From the NCBI GenBank assembly GCA_965369375.1, contig CBDUQN010000008.1, positions 654 through 64,653 on the forward strand: a stretch of 64,000 nucleotides of DNA, read 5' to 3'. This DNA is from an uncultured bacterium (GTDB taxonomy: Bacteria; Krumholzibacteriota; Krumholzibacteriia; Krumholzibacteriales; Krumholzibacteriaceae). The first letter of the stretch is position 1, and the number at the start of each line of letters is the position of its first letter. Shown piece by piece: positions 56,556 through 64,000 of this stretch. The notes under the pieces were generated by a model. It ran no database searches and was not told the DNA's origin. It worked only from the letters and a program-made list of their open reading frames with translations. Made by a program: the position numbers and the translations under genes.

Positions 56556-56598
56556 CCATGGTGGAAACTACACGTCCATCGATCGATTGTCAATCTCG

Positions 56599-58524
56599 AT
56601 GAGTTTCCCCTCATCAAGATGTGTCCTCCGCTGCCTCTCGGTTTGTGCCGCCGGCCTCATTCTGCTCATCTGCTCGTTTTCCACTATATGTGCAACTGAT
56701 TTCGGAATCGATCTCCCCACGGTCAGCAAGATCGAGATTCTCGGAAACAGGAGCATAGACGATGGAAAGCTGAAAAAACGCATGCGCACCAAGGAGGCGC
56801 GCTTCTACCATATATTGAAAAAACCCAAATTCCGGGAAGACTTTCTCAGACGCGACGTGGAGACGCTCAAATCCTATTACCACAAGAATGGCTTTTTCAG
56901 CGTCAAGGTTACCGTCGAAGCGGTCGAACGGGAAGAGAAGGCCAACAAGGTCCATATCCGGATAATGGTCAACGAAGGGCCGCAAACGGTCGTGAGGAGT
57001 CTCGAGTTTTCCGGGCAGGAAATGCTGGAAGAAAAGGTTCTGCGCAAGGGTCTCCAGCTCACCGAGGGTAAGCCGTATAACCCGAATCTGCTGGAAGTCG
57101 ATCACTACACGATTTTCAGCAAATTTTTCGAGAAAGGGTACCTCGGCGCGAAGGTCTATTACGATCTTAACATCGATTCGATCGAGGTCGACCTTTCCTG
57201 GAAGATCTCGCCGGAGGAGCCTGTCAGGATCGATTCGATAACTATCGGAGGGAACCAAAAGGTCAAGACGCGTTTGATCGAACGTGAATTGATATTCGGG
57301 ACGGGGGAGTATTTCGATCTGAAACGGGTCGTCGAGAGCAAGCAGAACCTCTACGATACCGGGTATTTCACATTGGTGAATATCGAGCCGACGAATCTCG
57401 ATATGGAGAGCCGCAAGGCGGATCTCGGCATAGAGGTGCGCGAGAGGAGCATGGGGTATATAGAGGCCGGGGTAGGCGTCGGCAACATCACCGGTAACAG
57501 GGTGTTCGCCGAGTGGGGGCAGCGCAACCTTCTCGGAAGAGGTTACGGGCTCAATCTCAAGAGTTCCTTTGCCTTCTGGCTGTTCGACCAAAACGATTAT
57601 GATCTCACGCGGCTCGATTTCAAGACGAAGTACCTGCGGAACCAGGGCACGATCTGGTTTCCCCACGTTGTCGACACGTGGAATACCTTGTCTTTCCGGC
57701 TCTTCCACGAGTATGACGCGACGGTGGATCCCATAGTTGTAAGGGCCTGGAATTTATCGGCTTCCGTGTCCCGCCGGTTCACTCGGAGGATCTCGCTCGT
57801 TTTCGGCTATGCCCTCGAGTATGTCAAGCGTTATGAATACGGCAAAGAACGAAGCCAATCGGAAAAACGCTATATAGAAGCGTTGTTCACGAGGGATACG
57901 CGGGATTTTTATTTCAATCCGATGCAGGGGCATTACTTTTCGGCCAAGGGGAAACTGGCGGGCGGCATCTTCGGCGGTGAGGATGACTTTTATTCATTTG
58001 TTGTGGCATTCAGAAGGTATATTAGGATTGGGAAACAGACGGTGTTTGCCTATCGGTTGCGGGGAGGATACGCCGAGGCGTACGGTGACAGCAAGGATAC
58101 CGGCGTGCCGATCGAGGATCACTTCTTCGCGGGGGGCACGAACTCGGTTCGTGGCTACAAGGAGAATTCGCTCGGCCCCGTCAATGTAATCGGCGATCCG
58201 CTCGGAGGGAACTATCAGCTTCTCACAAACTTCGAGCTCAGATTCCCCATACCGTATCTGGCCAAGTATAATTTCGGCGCGGTCGTATTTCTCGACGGAG
58301 GAAACGTCTGGGAGAGCATGGAAGACGTGAGCGTGGATCAATTCGATTTGATATCCGATGAAAACGAGACAACCTACCTCGATTACCGGTGGGGAATCGG
58401 CTTCGGTCTTCGATACAATACACCGGTCGGACCGATACGGCTCGATTTCGGGTACCCGCTCAAGAAGACGACGGATATCGATTACGATTATCTTGTTCAT
58501 ATCAGTCTGGGGCAGATATTCTGA
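56599..58524 (+). CDS. bamA: Outer membrane protein assembly factor BamA (Omp85 family), short form
   Basis: Signal peptide (LILLICSFSTICA), POTRA repeats, and a C-terminal barrel with FFAGGTNSVRGY that ends ISLGQIF. ATG 56599 chosen; the tracked ORF opens at 56509. Confidence 0.88.
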   Translation: MSFPSSRCVLRCLSVCAAGLILLICSFSTICATDFGIDLPTVSKIEILGNRSIDDGKLKKRMRTKEARFYHILKKPKFREDFLRRDVETLKSYYHKNGFFSVKVTVEAVEREEKANKVHIRIMVNEGPQTVVRSLEFSGQEMLEEKVLRKGLQLTEGKPYNPNLLEVDHYTIFSKFFEKGYLGAKVYYDLNIDSIEVDLSWKISPEEPVRIDSITIGGNQKVKTRLIERELIFGTGEYFDLKRVVESKQNLYDTGYFTLVNIEPTNLDMESRKADLGIEVRERSMGYIEAGVGVGNITGNRVFAEWGQRNLLGRGYGLNLKSSFAFWLFDQNDYDLTRLDFKTKYLRNQGTIWFPHVVDTWNTLSFRLFHEYDATVDPIVVRAWNLSASVSRRFTRRISLVFGYALEYVKRYEYGKERSQSEKRYIEALFTRDTRDFYFNPMQGHYFSAKGKLAGGIFGGEDDFYSFVVAFRRYIRIGKQTVFAYRLRGGYAEAYGDSKDTGVPIEDHFFAGGTNSVRGYKENSLGPVNVIGDPLGGNYQLLTNFELRFPIPYLAKYNFGAVVFLDGGNVWESMEDVSVDQFDLISDENETTYLDYRWGIGFGLRYNTPVGPIRLDFGYPLKKTTDIDYDYLVHISLGQIF

Positions 58525-58542
58525 TCATGGAGGTCGGGACAG

Positions 58543-61500
58543 TTGGTTAAACGGATCTTGAAATCGAGAATCATGTCCTGGGTATCGCTCATGATCGGGC
58601 TGTTCCTGACGATGGTTATCGTTCTCGTCATCGTGCTCAATACGGATTTCTTCGCTCACAATGCAAGCAGGATGTTTTCCCGGTATCTCTTCAGCGGAAC
58701 TCCGTTCAGTCTCCGGGTGGATCAACTCGAAGGCAATCCATTCAAGGGGATGAAAGTCAAGGGACTGACGGTCCGCTATGAGAGCGAGGATTTTTCATTC
58801 GACATCATCCGCGTAGACGAAGTGGCTCTCAGATACAACATGCTTTCGTTGATAAGCAGGGAACCGTTGATCGATGAGCTTGTTTTGATACGCCCTCATC
58901 TCTGGATAAAACCTGATTCCTCGGGAGTGAATATCCTTCCCGGCGGGGGAGGGGGCTCGCGCGGCGATCTGCCGCAGCTCTCGATACGCTCCTTCGAGAT
59001 TCAGAACGGTCAGGTGATTCTTCAAGGGCCGGAAAGTGCAAATGCGCTGCGAAACATAAATCTCACGGGAACGGTGCATATATTCCAGAATGAGGTATTT
59101 CTGAAGCTTGATGAGGGTGGCTGTGAGGATATCGGCAGACAGGTGTGTCTGACAACGCTAAGCGGAGATATCAGGTGGATACAGGAAAGCACCCTCAAAC
59201 GGGGTAGGGTTATAAAGACTAATCGTCTCCTGCTTCACAAACTCGATATCGGGCTCGATCAATCCCACCTCACGCTCGACGGGATCGTCAATCCCGATTC
59301 CATGACATTTCAGGTAAAGGTAGGCGCCGAGCCACTCGATATAGAGGAAATCACGCATACGCTGGGTATCGAGACCTCGCACTTCGGAGATCTCCAGGGT
59401 ACATTTATCGTGAGAGGCGTCCCGGACAGCCTCCATGTGAACGGGCTGTTCAACGGGATTTTTTCCGGCTATGCCCTGAGCGGTTTCAGGGCCGATGCGA
59501 CGTTCGAGCGGGATGGGATCACGATCAACTACTGCAAGGGTGAGTTCAATGGCGCGCATGTCGAGGGGAAGGGGCGCTATTCCTTCGAAGAACCTGATAA
59601 CCTCGATCTGGACATCATGGTGCGTGATTTGAATGTTGCGAAAGGTTTTATTCCGGGTAGGACAATCCCGGAGACGCTCTTCAACGGGCATGTCAGGTTT
59701 ACCTACTTTGTGCCGGATGGAAACATCTTTTTCCAGTGCGAGCTCGGCCCCGGCCACATCGGGGAATTTCCGTTCGACGAGGCCTCCATCATCGGCCGGT
59801 ATGCCGCCGACAGTTTGACATTTTCCAGGATCTTTCTGAACGCCACCGGCCATACGATCAACTCACACGGCGCCATCTCATCGGATGGGACCTTGAGATT
59901 TTATTTCGATTTGCTGTGCGCTCCCGACGATACGATATTCGCGTACCTCGATATAGAGCGCTACCGGGCGGGATTGGATGTAAACGGTATCTGCGAAGGT
60001 ACGGCGGATGCCTGGAATCTCCGGGCGAGCGGCGTGTGTAAGCAGGTTGTCTATGAGAGATTTGTTGTTCCCGAGGGGTATATGAATCTTGCGATTATCA
60101 AGAACGATGCGTACGAGGTCTACTTCAATCTCGAGGGGGATAGCTGCTACGTCGATCCGATCGGTTTCGAATCGATAGAGTTTTCACTCGAATATATCGA
60201 TGAGATAACGAGTATCAAGAAGCTGCGCTTGTCGAAACCCGACCTCGACGCTGAGATCCGGGCCGATATCAGTGTCAGTGACGATAGCGTTTTGATACGC
60301 TTTGGAGAGGTTTCGCTCCTTGCATTCGATGAACGATGGATCGGCGGCGGCGCCTTCGAGGTCGTCATCGAAGACTCGGCGGTGCGGTTTAGAGATCTGC
60401 AACTGCACGCGAGACACGGCGCACTCTACGCAAGCGGCATGGTGGATCGCTCCGGTGATTATGTCGAGGGCGAGCTCGCGATGGAGCGGGTGGGACTCGA
60501 GCTCCTCAATCGGCTCGGGATCATCGAAACGCCCCTCGCGGGCAGGGTAAAGGGTACGGTCGTGTTTTCGGGCAGGCGATCGGATCCGGATATTCGAGTC
60601 GATCTCGAAATGGCTGACGGATTGCTGGATACCCTCGCGGTGGATTTACTTATGCTGAATGCGGCATATTCGCGGGGGAAGTTTCAAATCGATTCACTCG
60701 TTATCACCGCTCCGACCGGTTACGTGGAGATACGGGGAACGATCGAGAATGCGCCGATCGAGCATCTCTACCGGGACTGGAAACCCGCGCTCAAGAGATC
60801 GGTTATAAACCTTCAATCGTACAGCCGGGATATGTATCTGCAGCCGTTTCTCGTGCTGATCGGAAGACTGCCGTTCACCGGAGGGTGGCTCAACGGCACC
60901 GTTTCCCTGAACGGTCCCTTCGCGCATCCAATCGTGGCTTTCGACGGGCGCATAGACAGCCTCGCCGGATCGATATTCAGGATTCCATCGATAGATGTCG
61001 GTGTCAGGGTGGGAGGGGGAGAGCTCTCCGTCGATGGAACCATTTCTATCGGTAATGGTCACACTGGAGCATTCAGGGGCATCGTCCCGCTTGCCCGAGG
61101 GGAGTGGTTCTATTCGGTCGATGGAAAGCGCCCCGTCTCGTACGAGATTTCAATGCCCGAAGGCGACTTCGCCGATATCATGAATGTGACGGATCTGTTC
61201 GCCGAGGCTGAGGGGAGGTTTTCATGGAATTTCAGCGTGACTGGAACAACGGAGCATCCGAAGTTGCATGGGCTGTTGAGTGTCTCTGATGCGGACTTCA
61301 GACTCGCCGGGATGGAGGAGCGATTTTTCGATGTGAGTTCTACCATCAATTTCGAGGATTCACTCATTACGGTTGTTGATTTGAAGGGTGGAGAGGGTGG
61401 CAAAGGCGAGTTTACCTGTGAGGGGACGATCGCACTCGAGGGATGGAAACCCGCTAGATACGATTTAAAAATTCATTTGGATAACTTCTTGCTCGCAAGC

Positions 61501-62451
61501 ATACCTGATGTTACCGCCATTTTGAACGGCGATCTGGCCGTTGATACCAATTTCGAGGGAGGGAGGGTCATACCGGTGCTGAACGGCTCACTCGAAGTCA
61601 AAAAGGCGGAAGTCTACTTCGAGTTCGGAGATTTGGCCTCGGCCGAGCCGAGGAGCACGATGTCTTCTCCGTCGTGGGTCGCCGTCATCGATCTCGAGAT
61701 ACCGGGCAATACGTGGATCAAGACTCCCGACGCGAGCATTGAGCTCCAGGGCGATATCACCTTCTACCGGGACCACAGGGGGATGTATTTTCGTGGGGTC
61801 CTCGATTTGATACGAGGATCGTATTCCGTATACGGCAACAAGTTTCACTTGAGATCAGGCAAGCTCGAGTTTGTCCATGCAGATAGCTTCAGGCCGGTGG
61901 TTTTTGTCGAGGCGGAAACAAAGGATCCGGAAGGGAAACGAATTTATCTGACATTGACCTGGCACCAGGATGATATAGAGCCGAAGCTGGCTCTGCGCCA
62001 TGAAGATCCCGGCTACAGCGAAACCGATACCTGGCGGATGCTCGGCGGGAGCGTGATCGGGTACACGGGAAGCGAGAGCCAGAGCTGGGATGCGGTCGGC
62101 ACGGCTCAGTCGCTGGCAGCTAATTATATCGAGAGGGCTCTCAATTCACAGATGGAGGGTGTTACGATCGAATTCGAGTCGGGCAGTCTCTCCGGCGCCT
62201 CGAGCGCGTCCTCATGGGAGCAGCAGACGAAGATAGCCGTCGGCAAATATCTCTCCGAAGGCTTGTATGTGAAGTACAAACAAGGACTTTCGATCTCGAC
62301 TGCGAGGCAGATAGAGGTCGAGTACCGGATCAGCAGGCTCTTTCTGATACGCTCGCAATTCATACGGCTATCAGAGGAGGTGCTGCGCGGAAAGAGCCGT
62401 TCGAGCACCGACGAGATCAACCTCGATATCAAGATTCGACTGGAGTTCTAG
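58543..62451 (+). CDS. tamB: Translocation and assembly module protein TamB (AsmA-like, DUF490 C-terminus)
   Basis: 1302 aa with an N-terminal TM anchor, a long beta-rich body and a C-terminus GKYLSEGLYVKYKQGL...EVEYRISRLFLIRSQ typical of DUF490. ATG 58573 is an alternative start. Confidence 0.75.
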   Translation: MVKRILKSRIMSWVSLMIGLFLTMVIVLVIVLNTDFFAHNASRMFSRYLFSGTPFSLRVDQLEGNPFKGMKVKGLTVRYESEDFSFDIIRVDEVALRYNMLSLISREPLIDELVLIRPHLWIKPDSSGVNILPGGGGGSRGDLPQLSIRSFEIQNGQVILQGPESANALRNINLTGTVHIFQNEVFLKLDEGGCEDIGRQVCLTTLSGDIRWIQESTLKRGRVIKTNRLLLHKLDIGLDQSHLTLDGIVNPDSMTFQVKVGAEPLDIEEITHTLGIETSHFGDLQGTFIVRGVPDSLHVNGLFNGIFSGYALSGFRADATFERDGITINYCKGEFNGAHVEGKGRYSFEEPDNLDLDIMVRDLNVAKGFIPGRTIPETLFNGHVRFTYFVPDGNIFFQCELGPGHIGEFPFDEASIIGRYAADSLTFSRIFLNATGHTINSHGAISSDGTLRFYFDLLCAPDDTIFAYLDIERYRAGLDVNGICEGTADAWNLRASGVCKQVVYERFVVPEGYMNLAIIKNDAYEVYFNLEGDSCYVDPIGFESIEFSLEYIDEITSIKKLRLSKPDLDAEIRADISVSDDSVLIRFGEVSLLAFDERWIGGGAFEVVIEDSAVRFRDLQLHARHGALYASGMVDRSGDYVEGELAMERVGLELLNRLGIIETPLAGRVKGTVVFSGRRSDPDIRVDLEMADGLLDTLAVDLLMLNAAYSRGKFQIDSLVITAPTGYVEIRGTIENAPIEHLYRDWKPALKRSVINLQSYSRDMYLQPFLVLIGRLPFTGGWLNGTVSLNGPFAHPIVAFDGRIDSLAGSIFRIPSIDVGVRVGGGELSVDGTISIGNGHTGAFRGIVPLARGEWFYSVDGKRPVSYEISMPEGDFADIMNVTDLFAEAEGRFSWNFSVTGTTEHPKLHGLLSVSDADFRLAGMEERFFDVSSTINFEDSLITVVDLKGGEGGKGEFTCEGTIALEGWKPARYDLKIHLDNFLLASIPDVTAILNGDLAVDTNFEGGRVIPVLNGSLEVKKAEVYFEFGDLASAEPRSTMSSPSWVAVIDLEIPGNTWIKTPDASIELQGDITFYRDHRGMYFRGVLDLIRGSYSVYGNKFHLRSGKLEFVHADSFRPVVFVEAETKDPEGKRIYLTLTWHQDDIEPKLALRHEDPGYSETDTWRMLGGSVIGYTGSESQSWDAVGTAQSLAANYIERALNSQMEGVTIEFESGSLSGASSASSWEQQTKIAVGKYLSEGLYVKYKQGLSISTARQIEVEYRISRLFLIRSQFIRLSEEVLRGKSRSSTDEINLDIKIRLEF

Positions 62452-62531
62452 CATGATAAAAAACCTTGATATGGCCGGAACAAAGTATCATTTTTATGCT
62501 AGGTTTCATGAAGCACGGGAGTAGATTTGCC

Positions 62532-64000
62532 ATGCGTGACTCGTTTCATCGAGCCTTCTTGATTCTTTTCGTCGCGCTCCTCTTTCTGCTTTCCGCCGTC
62601 TCGCAGGTGCACGCGCAGACGTACTGGTTCGGGAAAAACAAGATACAGTACAAGGATTTCAAATGGAGGGTTCTCAAGACCCCCCATTTCGATGTGCACT
62701 TCACCGAAGGGTACAAGGATCTCGCCGGCCGCACCGCCGTGATTCTCGAGTACGGTTACGACAAGCTATCGGTAGATTTCTCGCACCATATCTCCTGGCG
62801 TGTTCCGGTAATCATCTACGGGACCCATTCAGATTTTCAGTCGACGAATATTACGCAGTTTCTGCTTCCAGAGGGGGTTCAGGCCTTCGCCGAGCCTTTG
62901 AGAAGGCGAATGGTTCTCCATTTCCCCGGCTCGAACGAGGACTACGTGCATACGACCGTTCACGAGCTCGTTCATATATTCACCTTTGACATCGTCTATC
63001 ACGGGCTCATGAAATCCGCCTTCTCGCGTACGATGCTGTTCAATATTCCGGGCTGGTTTGCCGAGGGGCTCGCCGAGTACTACTCGGTCGGGTACGACGC
63101 GGAAGTAGAGATGTTCATGAGGGATGCGACGATCTTCGACTACCTCTACGGGCTCAATGAGGTCGGAGGGTATTACACGTACAAGGCGGGGCAGGCGGCG
63201 ATCTATTATGTGAACGAGACGTACGGACCGGGAAAGGTCCTCGAGATCATGGATCACCTGCGGCACCAGCATTCGATGGATCTTGCTCTCAATTCCGCGC
63301 TCGGCGTCTCGACGCAGGAATTGAGCCGCGATTGGAAAAAATTCATGCGCCGCAAGTACTGGCCGCTCTATACGGACAAGCGGGAGCCTGAATACTACGG
63401 CAGGCGGCTCACCGATCACGTGAAAGACCGCAGTTACATGAACACGAAGCCGGTCTTCACGCCGGACGGGGAGCTCATCCTCTTCTTCTCCAACCGGGGA
63501 GGTTTCGACGGCATCTATCTGCTGAATGCGCTCACGGGAAAGATCGAAAAGAAGCTTCTGGAAGGTCATATGACTTCCCGTTTCGAATCGATCCGCACGA
63601 TGAAATCGAGTCTCACATTCAATGCCGACGGCACGAAGATCGCGTTCGTCGCGGAGAAAGGAGGACGTGACAGGTTCTTAATCATGACGGTTCCAAAGGG
63701 GCGCATTATCGAGGAGATCGATCTCGAGCTCGATTTCTTCTACAGCCCGGTGTGGTCTCCAACCGGCGACCGGATCGCTCTCGTCGGAACGATGTGGGGA
63801 CAAACGGATATATATCTCTACGATGTCGATACGGGTGAGTTGATGCAGGTCACCAATGACATAGACGACGAGGAGAATCCCGACTGGTTTCCCGACGGTG
63901 TGAGAATCGCGTACAGCCGTTCATCCCAGATCGCGCTTCAGCCGGAATTCCACACGGACGAACATGGACTCCAGCGTATCGCCGGCGTCGATTTTCGCGA
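62532..64000 (+). CDS. Secreted MA-clan (HExxH) peptidase-like domain fused to a TolB-like beta-propeller, 3'-truncated by the window edge
   Basis: This ORF is not in the supplied track because it has no stop in the window; I translated it by hand from ATG 62532. Signal peptide MRDSFHRAFLILFVALLFLLSAVSQVHA, HELVH motif, then TolB-type repeats (PVFTPDGELILFFSNRGG, FNADGTKIAFVAEKGG, PVWSPTGDRIALVG, PDWFPDGVRIAYS). Confidence 0.6.
   Translation, partial: MRDSFHRAFLILFVALLFLLSAVSQVHAQTYWFGKNKIQYKDFKWRVLKTPHFDVHFTEGYKDLAGRTAVILEYGYDKLSVDFSHHISWRVPVIIYGTHSDFQSTNITQFLLPEGVQAFAEPLRRRMVLHFPGSNEDYVHTTVHELVHIFTFDIVYHGLMKSAFSRTMLFNIPGWFAEGLAEYYSVGYDAEVEMFMRDATIFDYLYGLNEVGGYYTYKAGQAAIYYVNETYGPGKVLEIMDHLRHQHSMDLALNSALGVSTQELSRDWKKFMRRKYWPLYTDKREPEYYGRRLTDHVKDRSYMNTKPVFTPDGELILFFSNRGGFDGIYLLNALTGKIEKKLLEGHMTSRFESIRTMKSSLTFNADGTKIAFVAEKGGRDRFLIMTVPKGRIIEEIDLELDFFYSPVWSPTGDRIALVGTMWGQTDIYLYDVDTGELMQVTNDIDDEENPDWFPDGVRIAYSRSSQIALQPEFHTDEHGLQRIAGVDFR

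Noticed and set aside
1-64000. A search for mobile elements, prophage, CRISPR-Cas, restriction-modification, toxin-antitoxin or other defence or accessory systems.
   Set aside because: Every ORF of 100 aa or more that I accept has a housekeeping or envelope assignment or is a lone hypothetical. There are no transposase, integrase or recombinase motifs, no inverted terminal repeats and no spaced repeat arrays. I therefore do not claim a novel multi-gene system in this window.

Overview
The window is a gene-dense, mostly co-directional stretch of bacterial chromosome, moderately GC-rich by eye, with frequent GTG/TTG starts and GGAGG-type ribosome-binding sites. I call about 57 protein genes, two tRNAs (one a selenocysteine tRNA) and a type-A RNase P RNA. 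Almost all of it is core housekeeping:
- a ferredoxin-dependent carbon node: OorDABC-type 2-oxoacid:ferredoxin oxidoreductase, malic enzyme, acetyl-CoA synthetase, and PFOR with a DHOD-like partner
- glmM-glmS-ridA
- lepB
- hrcA-grpE-dnaK-dnaJ
- rsmE, mutS2-dnaG-rpoD, recJ, relA/spoT, dtd-maf-yjbQ-mtnA
- rplM-rpsI, rpsB-tsf-pyrH-frr-uppS-cdsA-dxr-rseP-bamA-tamB

The gene content (DUF5683 protein, BNR/Ycf48-like lipoprotein, bamA-tamB adjacency, PFOR/Oor metabolism, selC) suggests an uncultivated anaerobic, diderm, FCB-like lineage. That is inference only.

I found no CRISPR array, transposase, integrase, prophage, toxin-antitoxin or recognisable defence system, and I cannot support a claim of a new multi-gene system here.

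The features most worth a second look are small-scale:
- a promoter, ~150-nt leader and intrinsic terminator placed directly in front of a COG1579 zinc-ribbon / RNase H / rnpB cluster
- a series of very recent short tandem duplications (76, 37, 16, 14, 11 and 8 bp); two span gene 3' ends and one rewrites a C-terminus
- a G4-prone GGGG repeat array abutting the glmM promoter
- an orphan selC
- a dtd ORF that has lost its canonical stop and runs 125 nt into maf
- a small antisense lipoprotein gene interrupting the conserved rseP-bamA junction
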